Of a stretch of DNA of 19,346 nt, positions 1 to 7,894 are shown piece after piece. Source of the stretch: Candidatus Hadarchaeales archaeon (GTDB taxonomy: Archaea; Hadarchaeota; Hadarchaeia; Hadarchaeales; JAWBSP01). The stretch covers positions 1 through 19,346 of the forward strand of contig JAWBSP010000019.1 of assembly GCA_038842485.1 (NCBI GenBank), given 5' to 3'. The position numbers and the translations under genes were made by a program. The notes under the pieces were generated by a model. The model saw only the letters and a program-made list of their open reading frames with translations. It did not search any database and was not told where the DNA came from. How positions within the stretch are numbered: position 1 is the stretch's first letter; each line of letters begins with the position of its first letter.

Positions 1-222
1 CAACTTCAAGAGAGCATGTACCAACTCCTGAGGGGTACGCACCAACTTCAGCTGGACATGGCAACATGCCTCAGAAAGATAGATCTTGGGATGCGAGCCA
101 ACGCCCTGATGCACGGATGGCAAAGGGTGGATGGAATCTCGCCGGAAGAGGCCGAGAGACTCCCAGAGCCCAAGCTCTACGACGGGAAACTCAGGGTCTG
201 TTATTACAGGCCTCCATCCTGA
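1..222 (+). CDS. Hypothetical protein, C-terminal part (5'-truncated by window edge)
   Basis: Frame 1 is open from base 1 (QLQESMYQLLRG...CYYRPPS) to TGA at 220-222. Codon style resembles the neighbouring genes. No family recognised. Confidence 0.55.
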   Translation, partial: QLQESMYQLLRGTHQLQLDMATCLRKIDLGMRANALMHGWQRVDGISPEEAERLPEPKLYDGKLRVCYYRPPS

Positions 223-232
223 GCCCTGTCAC

Positions 233-811
233 ACTACGAATATTCGTAGTCAGTCGGCAACGTCTACGATTGTTCGGTCAGGTTTTGGCTTTCAAGGGCC
301 CCTACAAATATTCGTAGTTTTATCCACTGTTTTACAAGTTTGCAATTTGATTTTCGCTACGAATATTCGTAGTCAGCCCTTAAGGTTCGTTAATTGCACC
401 ACGATATTCGGAGCTTGGAAGACCAAATCTGGTTGATTTTGCGAGCGCCAAGCCTTACGCTCAATTAACCGAGTGGGAAGCCGAGAGCGGGTTGCTGGTA
501 ATTCAACGATAAAGCAAAGGTCGGCAGAGAGTGGCCCGAATAAGTTCGCCCTTCTGAAAAAAATTGGACAGAATGGTGCCAACCAGTGCCCGGGAGAAGA
601 TTTCCCCCGGGAATTTGTCCGACCGATTTCAACTACGAATATTTGTAGTCGGTTCAATTCTGACTTTGAAGTTTGGCCCTGCGTTTACGAATGTTTAATC
701 CGATTTTAAACTCCGAAGAGTCGTAATGCACTTCGAATATTCGTAGTTCTCCGTTTCTGAGAGATAGGCCTACTTTTGGCGTAAAGCCTGTTGTTTGCGA
801 ATATTCGTAGT
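233..811. repeat. Dispersed array of an 18-bp palindrome, consensus ACTACGAATATTCGTAGT
   Basis: Copies at 233-250 (18/18), 301-318 (16/18), 356-373 (17/18), 632-649 (17/18), 730-747 (17/18) and 794-811 (15/18). Degenerate copies at 710-727 (14/18), 398-414 (1-bp deletion) and 263-280. Spacing is irregular. Confidence 0.95.
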
Positions 812-966
812 TGGGGCCGGGCCATATGTCGGCCGATTTTCTCTTCGATCAAAGGAACTCACCCGCTCGAGGCTGATGATGAAGTGATTATTGGACGGTT
901 CCAATGTATATCCTCCTACCTTCCCACACTCCAAAATCTGGAGGCCATAGAGAGCAAGAATACAAA

Positions 967-1000
967 CATCCGGGTGACCGACCAAGGATGCCGACTTTTT
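967..1000 (+). terminator. Possible hairpin plus oligo-T terminator-like element
   Basis: CATCC(967-971)/GGATG(986-990) stem with inner GGT/ACC pairing, followed by TTTTT at 996-1000, just before the pheT stop on the opposite strand. Confidence 0.25.
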
Positions 1001-1009
1001 AAAGGCAGA

Positions 1010-2623
1010 TCAGACCCGCTCCCCCAGCCTTATTTCGAGGGAGGCAACCGGGTGGTTCAGCTTGAAGTTCGAAAGTACCCTCGGGTGGATTTCCCCGATG
1101 ATCCCAACTCTCTCCCCACCGAGGAGGTATTCAAGCACCCTCCCCTCTAGGAAGCTTGGGTGCTCCCCGGCCCTCTGTTCGGGTTTGAGGCCCACCTCTC
1201 TCAGCAGGGCCTCCGCAACCGCCTTCATCTGGGTGAAGTTTCCCCCGACGTGAACCGCCCCGACGGACCTGATGGTTCTAACGCTCTCGCCCCTCGGCTC
1301 TGGGAGGACGACATCCCCAACCTCGAAGAACTTCTGGGGAAGCTCGTAAATTTTGTTCCTCTGGCAGGTGAGCAGGAGGGAGGGGAGGAGCCACGTCCGG
1401 AGGATGGTGTACTCCTCTGAAACCGGATTTGCGATCTCCACCGCCTCCCCGCCCGTTCCCGTGAGCTCGAAGTTCACGCGGGGTGAGGTAAGGATGTAGT
1501 TCATGACCTCCGTGAAACCCAGACCGATCATGGTTAGCCTGACTCGCCCGCAAAGCCTCTCGAGCGGATGGATCTCCCCTATGGTGTGGACCCTCGGCGG
1601 GAGCGGCTCTAGCCTGTCGTAACCGTACCCGACGGCGAGCTCCTCGATGAGGTCGACCTCGTGAAGCAGGTCCGTGCGGTAGGGTGGGGCCAGAACAGTT
1701 TCCCCGGCGACCTCGAATCTCATCCTCCTAAGGATTCGGGCGGCCTCCTTTCTGCTGAATCTGATTCCCACATACTCAGAGGCCTTTTCCACATCAACCC
1801 TCATGCGTATGGGACTCAGATCGGGTGTGATTCCTCCAGGCACCATCCTTACAGCCTCCAGCTTGAACCCCCTCTCCGCCAGGGCGCACATCATGATGTT
1901 GAGGGAATCGGTGACCGCCCGCTCGTCCAGTCCCGTGACATCCACGAACAGGTTCTTGGTTTGGGTGGTCACCTTGGTTTCCTCGCTGTTCACGATTGGC
2001 GGCATGGAGAGAACCCTCCCCTTGGAATCCTGCAGGAGGGGAAAGAGCTCGAGCCCCTCGAGCAGGTGCGCAAAGGCAATCCCCTTCGGGTGTTTTTTCA
2101 GGATTTCGCTCAGTTTGAGTTCTGTGTCCCACTCTAGGGGAACGAAGCTCACCTCGTCCGGCTTCACCGCGCGGTAGTAGATGGGGGGTTGGAGGGTATC
2201 GAGATCGTAGACCCCGATGGATGCCTTTCTCCTGCGTCTGCAGACGGTTTCGTGCAGCCTCTCCTGCAGTTGCATGATTGAAACCAAGGCCTCCTCGTCG
2301 AGTTGCACGTTCCTGACCACCCCCGCCTTTATAATAGGTCTCACCCCGCTCACCGACCGGTCAACCCTGAGTGTGAGGCAGGGTTTCGCAACCTTGTACC
2401 TGGGCAGGCCCGTTTCGATTCCCAGCATTCCCTTCAGCACCCTCGCCAGACCCTCAACCGAGAGCAGGTCGGGTCGGTTGTGGGTTACCTCCACCTCGAG
2501 TTTTTCCCCCTCCAGTCTGGTGTCCAAACCCAGCTGATCGAGACACCTCAGAATCGAAGGGAGTTCCACCTTCCTTCCCAGCAGCCTTTCCAGCTCGCTC
2601 TGACTGACATCAATTACGGGCAT
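1010..2623 (-). CDS. pheT: Phenylalanine--tRNA ligase beta subunit (archaeal type)
   Basis: 537 aa. Motifs NRPDLLSVEGLAR, QERLH..RRRRKASIGVYDLD (B3/4), PPYRTDLLHEVDLIEE (B5) and IANPVSEEYTILRTWLLPSLL. Directly follows pheS (TGA-ATG junction). Confidence 0.98.
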   Translation of the reverse strand: MPVIDVSQSELERLLGRKVELPSILRCLDQLGLDTRLEGEKLEVEVTHNRPDLLSVEGLARVLKGMLGIETGLPRYKVAKPCLTLRVDRSVSGVRPIIKAGVVRNVQLDEEALVSIMQLQERLHETVCRRRRKASIGVYDLDTLQPPIYYRAVKPDEVSFVPLEWDTELKLSEILKKHPKGIAFAHLLEGLELFPLLQDSKGRVLSMPPIVNSEETKVTTQTKNLFVDVTGLDERAVTDSLNIMMCALAERGFKLEAVRMVPGGITPDLSPIRMRVDVEKASEYVGIRFSRKEAARILRRMRFEVAGETVLAPPYRTDLLHEVDLIEELAVGYGYDRLEPLPPRVHTIGEIHPLERLCGRVRLTMIGLGFTEVMNYILTSPRVNFELTGTGGEAVEIANPVSEEYTILRTWLLPSLLLTCQRNKIYELPQKFFEVGDVVLPEPRGESVRTIRSVGAVHVGGNFTQMKAVAEALLREVGLKPEQRAGEHPSFLEGRVLEYLLGGERVGIIGEIHPRVLSNFKLNHPVASLEIRLGERV

Positions 2624-4081
2624 TCAACTCCCCCCGAGCCACTTTAGGTCGTTGGAGAACAGCATGCGAATGTCCTCCAACCCCAACTTCAGCATGATCA
2701 GCCTGCTCAACCCTATGCCCCAAGCTAGAACCGGGTACCGGATCCCCAGTGGGACCAGCAGCTCGGGTCTGAACATCCCTGCCCCCGCGATCTCAAGCCA
2801 CTCCCCCCTGCCCTCGTGGTAAATCAGCGCCTCCGCGGAGGGCTCGGTGAAGGGGAAGTAGGAGGGCCTAAACCGAATCTTTTCGAACCCGAGTCTCGTC
2901 ACGATTTCCTTCAGGTAGCCGAACATGTCCCTCAGGGTCAGCCCCCGGTCCATCACGATTCCCTCGCACTGGTAGAACTCGGCTAGGTGCTTGTAGTCTA
3001 TCCGCTCGTGCCTGAAGACCCTCTCTATGGCAAAGACCTTCACGGGTGGGCTGGGACAGGTGGAGAGGTACCGGACGGTTGCAGCCGTGGTCTGGGAGCA
3101 GAGGATGAGTCTTTTGCTTATTTCAAAGTTGAATCGATACCCCCAGCCCTTTGACCCCGCCATTCTCCCCTCGTGAGCCTTGGCCACCCTCTTCGCTATT
3201 TCGCTCGGAATCTTACCTTCAGAGGGCTTGCTGATGGAGAGGGAGTCGTGCACCTCTCTGGCCGGGTGATCCTGGGCTTGGAAGAGGGCATCAAAGTTCC
3301 AGAACTCGGTTTCCACAATTCGGCTCGGTATCTCCCTGAAACCCATCCCCACCAAGATTTCCCTCACCTCCTCTATCACGCGCTGTTGGGGGTGGAGCTT
3401 GGCCGGGTAGAGGGGCCGAACCTCTGCCAGAACATCGTACCTCCTGAATCTGACCTCCCTCCACCTTCCCGTCGAGAGAAGCTCGGGTGTAAGCTCGGAA
3501 ATTTCCTCCTCGGGAGGTTCCACCCTCATCCCCCACGCCGCTTCTTTTAGCAGGAGGGTCCTCCTCTTCTCCTCTCTCGCTTCCACCAGCCCCCTCCTTC
3601 TCAACAACTCCAAGACTTCGTCGAGTTTCCTCACCACGGTCCCGTCCACCCTCTGCAGGGCCTCCTCCTCGGGAAGCGGGAGGTTGATGAATTTCTTTCC
3701 TTCCTCGGTGAGCCTGAGCACCCCTTCTTCCAACCTCACGAGCCCCTTCCTCTTGAGCCAGCCCAGTGCCACCTCTGCCTCCCTAGTTTCGAGCCATGCC
3801 CTGCTGGCCAGCTCAGTCGGCGGTACGCCATCGGCCGCTTTGAGGGCCCTCCGCTCCGGCAGGCCGAGCTTCAGGTATCTTCTCCCCTCTTGGGTTAGGG
3901 AGAGTTTGAGATAGGACTCCTCTAGGATCTCGGCGAGTCCAGCCTCCTTGAGTGCCAGCATGCCTCTCATCGCGGCGGACTGGTCCATTCCCCATCTCTG
4001 GCAGAATTCTGAGAGTTCCGCCCTCCCCCCCATCTCGCGCAGCCCGAGGAGAACCCTCTTAGCCTCTCTTGAGAGCTCCAT
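2624..4081 (-). CDS. pheS: Phenylalanine--tRNA ligase alpha subunit (archaeal type, long N-terminal extension)
   Basis: 485 aa. Motifs FWNFDALFQAQDHPARE, motif 2 VFRHERIDYKHLAEFYQ, YFPFTEPS, GAGMFRPE and motif 3 AWGIGLSRL. Confidence 0.98.
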   Translation of the reverse strand: MELSREAKRVLLGLREMGGRAELSEFCQRWGMDQSAAMRGMLALKEAGLAEILEESYLKLSLTQEGRRYLKLGLPERRALKAADGVPPTELASRAWLETREAEVALGWLKRKGLVRLEEGVLRLTEEGKKFINLPLPEEEALQRVDGTVVRKLDEVLELLRRRGLVEAREEKRRTLLLKEAAWGMRVEPPEEEISELTPELLSTGRWREVRFRRYDVLAEVRPLYPAKLHPQQRVIEEVREILVGMGFREIPSRIVETEFWNFDALFQAQDHPAREVHDSLSISKPSEGKIPSEIAKRVAKAHEGRMAGSKGWGYRFNFEISKRLILCSQTTAATVRYLSTCPSPPVKVFAIERVFRHERIDYKHLAEFYQCEGIVMDRGLTLRDMFGYLKEIVTRLGFEKIRFRPSYFPFTEPSAEALIYHEGRGEWLEIAGAGMFRPELLVPLGIRYPVLAWGIGLSRLIMLKLGLEDIRMLFSNDLKWLGGS

Positions 4082-4124
4082 CCTACTTTACTTTCGCCTG
4101 CTTTTCACGAGATTTCTCGAGCGC

Positions 4125-5090
4125 TCAGCGGAAGTGCTCGTACCCCCGCTCGGGGAGGGGTACCAGCTTTCCTTCCCTCTCCCACACCACCCCTCTTCCT
4201 TTTTCCACCCTTCCTATCACGGTCAGGCTGCTACCCACTTTCCTCAATTCCTTCTCCAGCTTCTCTCTCAAATCGGGCGGGAAGGTGAAGAGCAATTCAT
4301 AATCCTCCCCCCCGAAGAGCGAGAACTCTAATGGGTCAAGCCCGTGCTCCACCGCGAAACGCTCAATGAGCGGGTGTGTGGGAACCCTCTCGAGCACCAT
4401 TCTAACCCCGCTTTCCACCGCCAGCTGCCAGAGGTTGAGGGCCAAGCCGTCCGAGAGGTCGATGGCCGAGGTCGCCCCTCCGCTGGCTAGGATTTTCCCC
4501 TCCTTCACGCGTGCCTCGGGTTCGAGCAAGGCCTTCAGCAGCTCCCCGTACCGCCCCACCGGAAGGGAGCGGGTTAGGAGGTAAAGTCCCGCCGAAGCCC
4601 TTCCCATCCTGTTCGTGACTGCTAGGAGATCCCCCGGTCTGGCACCGCATCTTCTTAGAACCCTTTCCGCCCTTCCTACCGCCGAGCCCGAAATTACCAC
4701 CTCCTCGTCCTCGTTCAGGTCGCCACCCACCACCGAAACCCCGTACTTTTTGGCAGCCCTCTTCATCCCGTCCGCAATTTTTTCCAGCTCCCGAACCTCG
4801 GCGGTGGGCGGAAGACCGACGGAGAAGGTCACGGCGATAGGCTCCGCCCCCATGGCCGCCAGATCGCTTATCGTCACCACCAAGGCCTTCCACCCCATCT
4901 GCTCGGGTGTGGTTTTGGGGGGAAAGTGGGTGCTCTGGAAGAGGATGTCGGTGGTCAGAACCATGAGTTCCCCACCGATCCTCAGCACGGCGGCATCGTC
5001 ACCAATCCCAACCTCCACCCCCCTCCCCTTCCCGAATTTCCTCCTGAGGAGTTCAACGAGTCTCCTCTCCCCCAGCTCGGCGAGTTTCAT
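4125..5090 (-). CDS. thiL: Thiamine-monophosphate kinase
   Basis: 321 aa. Motifs GIGDDAA, TTD..THF, SDLAAMGAEP, VVGGD, R.GARPGD, AIDLSDGL, GGEDYELLFT and C-terminal GYEHF. Confidence 0.96.
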   Translation of the reverse strand: MKLAELGERRLVELLRRKFGKGRGVEVGIGDDAAVLRIGGELMVLTTDILFQSTHFPPKTTPEQMGWKALVVTISDLAAMGAEPIAVTFSVGLPPTAEVRELEKIADGMKRAAKKYGVSVVGGDLNEDEEVVISGSAVGRAERVLRRCGARPGDLLAVTNRMGRASAGLYLLTRSLPVGRYGELLKALLEPEARVKEGKILASGGATSAIDLSDGLALNLWQLAVESGVRMVLERVPTHPLIERFAVEHGLDPLEFSLFGGEDYELLFTFPPDLREKLEKELRKVGSSLTVIGRVEKGRGVVWEREGKLVPLPERGYEHFR

Positions 5091-5452
5091 TGGTAAAGCG
5101 GAAGCTTTCCGGTCACCTTGTCCAGAGTCTCGGAGAGGTCTGGTCCCAGAGCCAGCACCGTGACCGTTCCGGGGGGGAGCTCGGTTAGTCCAGCGTCGGT
5201 TATGAGTTCGGTTTCAATTCCCAGTTCCTTGGCTCGCTGTTGAAGTTCCCTCAGCTCGCTTTCTCTCCCTCCCCTCAGCACCACCTTTTTCTGCCCCTCC
5301 TTCAGCCACTCCTTGAACACCTGCAGCTTCTTCCTCCTCACCCGCTCCGCCGCAGCCACGGCTCCGTGGGCCACCTGTGCGGCCAGCTTTCCAGGGCTCA
5401 TCCTGAGGTCCCCCCTGACCACCACCACCTGTTTATACTTGAACTGTTTCAT
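5087..5452 (-). CDS. pth2: Peptidyl-tRNA hydrolase Pth2
   Basis: 121 aa. Motifs KQVVVVRGDLRMSPGKLAAQVAHG, GQKKVVL, ITDAGLTELPPGTVTVLALGP and DKVTGKLPL. ATGA overlaps with both neighbours. Confidence 0.97.
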   Translation of the reverse strand: MKQFKYKQVVVVRGDLRMSPGKLAAQVAHGAVAAAERVRRKKLQVFKEWLKEGQKKVVLRGGRESELRELQQRAKELGIETELITDAGLTELPPGTVTVLALGPDLSETLDKVTGKLPLYQ

Positions 5453-6087
5453 CCCACCTTTTTCAGCTCCACTATCAGGGTTTTTGGAGGTTGGAGGGGA
5501 AGAAAGGTGGTTTCCCTCTGGTAGCCCTCCTTCTCGATTTCGATGAGGCTCCCACCAGCAGCTCTGATCTCAAATTTTCCCTCCGCATCGCTCAAGATTG
5601 AGGTGGAACCGGTTCGGATCCTCGCCCCGCTGATGGAGAGTTTGGTAACCGCGTCCACGACCCTGCCTTGGAAGGCGGGGAGGCTTACGAGTCCGGGTGC
5701 GGCGGTCGTGGGTATGGGTTTCGCGGGCGCAGCTGTGGGAGGAGGCGCGGGTGGCCGCTCGGCAGGGGGAGCCTCTGCTCTGGGCTTCTTCGGTTTTAGG
5801 AATCCCAAGTAGTAGCTCACGACCTCAAAACCGCCTCTCAGGAAGGCGATGAGCCCTAGGATTCCGCAGGAGAGCAGGAGGTAGCCCAGAAAGGGCCGCG
5901 GGAGGAGCAGGTGTTGGTGTGCGAGGATGAACCCTAGGTAGACTAAGACGAGGAGGCCCAAGCCGAAGCTCACCCCAACACGCTTCCAGAAGTCCAGATC
6001 CCCTGGTCTCGGGAAGAGGGTGAGGGAGGCCAGAAAGCCCGGGCCCAGGACGACCAGAGCACCCACCAGCACTAGGTGAACTTCCAT
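5449..6087 (-). CDS. Membrane protein: DUF1616-like N-terminal TM region, Pro/Ala linker, C-terminal carboxypeptidase-regulatory-like beta-sandwich
   Basis: PGF...LFP...LD..KRVGVSFGLG resembles the DUF1616 N-terminus, with about 3 hydrophobic helices. Then a PA-rich linker and GRVVD...ISGARI...SDAEGKFEI...IEKEGY (CarboxypepD_reg pattern). Stop overlaps the pth2 start. Confidence 0.75.
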   Translation of the reverse strand: MEVHLVLVGALVVLGPGFLASLTLFPRPGDLDFWKRVGVSFGLGLLVLVYLGFILAHQHLLLPRPFLGYLLLSCGILGLIAFLRGGFEVVSYYLGFLKPKKPRAEAPPAERPPAPPPTAAPAKPIPTTAAPGLVSLPAFQGRVVDAVTKLSISGARIRTGSTSILSDAEGKFEIRAAGGSLIEIEKEGYQRETTFLPLQPPKTLIVELKKVG

Positions 6088-6111
6088 CTAAAGTTGGGCG
6101 TGAAGTTAAGG

Positions 6112-7233
6112 ATGAATTTTGATGCCGTGGTGGTGGGAGGGGGTCCGTCCGGATGCTTTTTCGCAGCGAATCTGGCGAGGGACGGCTGGAGGGTTGGGAT
6201 TTTCGAGGAGCACAGGGAGGTGGGGCTACCCTGGTGCTGTGCGGGGGTGGTGGGCGTGGGAGGGATGCGCGAGCTTGGTTTGGAACTCCGGGGACTGGTT
6301 CTTGAGGAGCTGAGGGGGGCCATCCTGTATTCCCCCTCTGGTAAACGGGTCGAGCTCACTCGTGGGAGGGCCGAGGCGTGGGTCATTGATAGGCCAGCCT
6401 TTGACCAGAATGTGGCGGATCTCGCCCTGAAAGCCGGTGCTGAACTTCATCTTGGTAAGAGGTGCAGGCTGAGGGAGGGGCTCGAGGTCGGCGGGAGGTC
6501 TGTGGGGGGAAAGGTTATAGTGGGGGCGGATGGGCCGCTCTCCCCAGTTGCGAGGGCCTCGGGTCTCTTTGGGAGGCGGAGATTTCTCAGGTTCGCGCAG
6601 GTGGAGGCACGGGTGGAGACGGACGAGGGGTTTGCGGAACTCTATCTGGGCAGGGAGGTGGCGCCAGGGTTTTTCGGGTGGGTGGTTCCAGCTGGGGAGA
6701 GGGCAAGGGTTGGGGTGGGAACCTGGGAAAACCCGCTCCCCTTCCTGCGCTCCCTCCTCAGGAGGCTGGGGGGGAGGGTTAGGGGAAGGATCCCAAGGCC
6801 CTCCCTAGATGTGCTTCCCGCCAGCCGGTCCGAGAGGATGGTCAGGGGGAACATCCTTCTGGTTGGCGACGCGGCTGGACAGGTCAAGCCGCTCACGAAG
6901 GGGGGTCTCTACATGGGGCTCTCCTGTTCCAAGCTCGCTGCTCAGGTCGCTTCCAAACATCTGGAGCGCGGGGTGCCCCTAACAGAATACGAAAGGGAGG
7001 TGGAGCAGAGGTTCGGGGAGGAGTTCAGGCTGGGGGGGCTTGCCTTTTCCCTTTTCTCCAAGATGGGAAACCGCGGGCTGGAGTTTTCGCTGGCCATATT
7101 GGGCCGCTGGCTGAGGGAAGGGGTTTTGGCGGAGGCGGATTTTGACCACCATTCCAGGCTGCTGAAACGTCTCCCGCTCCTTCCCCTCCGCCGTCCGCGT
7201 TTTGGGAGGGAAACGGATGATTTCTCCCCGTAG
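6112..7233 (+). CDS. Geranylgeranyl reductase family FAD-dependent oxidoreductase (digeranylgeranylglycerophospholipid reductase-like)
   Basis: ATG at 6112 (MNFDAVVVGGGPSG) preferred over the track's 6076. Motifs GxGxxG, CAG, IDRPAFDQ, VGADG..S.VAR, APGFFGWVVP (variant of PxxYxWxFP) and LLVGDAAGQVKPLTKGG. Confidence 0.9.
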   Translation: MNFDAVVVGGGPSGCFFAANLARDGWRVGIFEEHREVGLPWCCAGVVGVGGMRELGLELRGLVLEELRGAILYSPSGKRVELTRGRAEAWVIDRPAFDQNVADLALKAGAELHLGKRCRLREGLEVGGRSVGGKVIVGADGPLSPVARASGLFGRRRFLRFAQVEARVETDEGFAELYLGREVAPGFFGWVVPAGERARVGVGTWENPLPFLRSLLRRLGGRVRGRIPRPSLDVLPASRSERMVRGNILLVGDAAGQVKPLTKGGLYMGLSCSKLAAQVASKHLERGVPLTEYEREVEQRFGEEFRLGGLAFSLFSKMGNRGLEFSLAILGRWLREGVLAEADFDHHSRLLKRLPLLPLRRPRFGRETDDFSP

Positions 7234-7894
7234 GTTTCTTCCCCTGCTGTTTTTCCTGGCGGTGGTCCTGTTTTTCGACTTCGCGCCCAGGCTGTTTCCC
7301 AGACCCGAAACTCCAAACTCTCTCGACGGTGAGGAGGTGCTGTTTCTCCAGCGCCATCTCTCCAACAGGCCCCTCGACTACTTCTTTGTGGCTTTTTACA
7401 GCGTGGGATACTCGGTTTCGATTTGCGGGGCCGCCATGCTTCTTGTCTTCACGGGAAGGTCAAGAGAATCCTGGCTGTATCTTTTGGTTTTCTTCATCTC
7501 CCAAGTTCTTGCACAGCTCACTTGGTTACTCTTTCCCGTCGCCCCTCCCAGGCTGGCGGTGGTCGGGGTCAGAGGTGTGAGGGAGGAAATCTTCGGGCTG
7601 TCCGAGCGGTTTAACCCCTTTCCTTGGGGGGCTTTCCCATCCATGCATGTTGGCAACGGGCTCACCGCTCTTCTCTTCGCGCGCAGGTGCGGGAGGAGGG
7701 CAGAACTCGTCTGGGCCTTTCTCCTGTTTGTTTCGGCCTTCTCCGCGCTGTATCTCGGGGAGCACTACCTGATAGATCTCATTGCGGGGTGCGCCTACTC
7801 CTTGGGTCCCTACACTCTGGTGACTCGCTCAAAAATTGGTGCACGCCTCAGCTCCTACCTTTCCGGCGTTCCATCCTCTCCCGCAGTTTCTTGA
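7217..7894 (+). CDS. PAP2-superfamily membrane phosphoesterase, Aur1/IPC-synthase-like (PAP2_3)
   Basis: Multiple TM helices. Motifs WLLFPVAPP, GAFPSMH and LYLGEHYLIDLIAG match the Aur1-type catalytic His/His-Asp motifs. Start taken at ATG 7217, overlapping the reductase stop. Confidence 0.88.
   Translation: MISPRRFLPLLFFLAVVLFFDFAPRLFPRPETPNSLDGEEVLFLQRHLSNRPLDYFFVAFYSVGYSVSICGAAMLLVFTGRSRESWLYLLVFFISQVLAQLTWLLFPVAPPRLAVVGVRGVREEIFGLSERFNPFPWGAFPSMHVGNGLTALLFARRCGRRAELVWAFLLFVSAFSALYLGEHYLIDLIAGCAYSLGPYTLVTRSKIGARLSSYLSGVPSSPAVS

Noticed and set aside
320-328. TTATCCACT, 8/9 match to a bacterial DnaA box
   Set aside because: Single imperfect copy in an archaeal context; expected by chance.
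233-811. CRISPR array interpretation of the palindromic repeats
   Set aside because: The repeat is only 18 bp, gaps range from 2 to over 200 bp, there are no uniform spacers, and no cas genes are in the window.
874-940. ATGATGA C-box-like motif suggesting a C/D box sRNA
   Set aside because: No appropriately spaced CTGA D' or D boxes downstream.
770-985. 71-aa minus-strand ORF after pheT
   Set aside because: TTG start, no recognisable motif, and it runs into the palindrome array; unsupported as a gene.
131-1150. Frame-2 ORFs (131-436, 473-709, 791-1150) with recurring TTNIRS-like peptides; most palindrome copies fall in this frame
   Set aside because: The frame is broken by stops at 434, 707, 758 and 782, two strong copies (301, 730) are out of frame, and perfect dyad symmetry points to DNA-level function. 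A decayed gene cannot be fully excluded.
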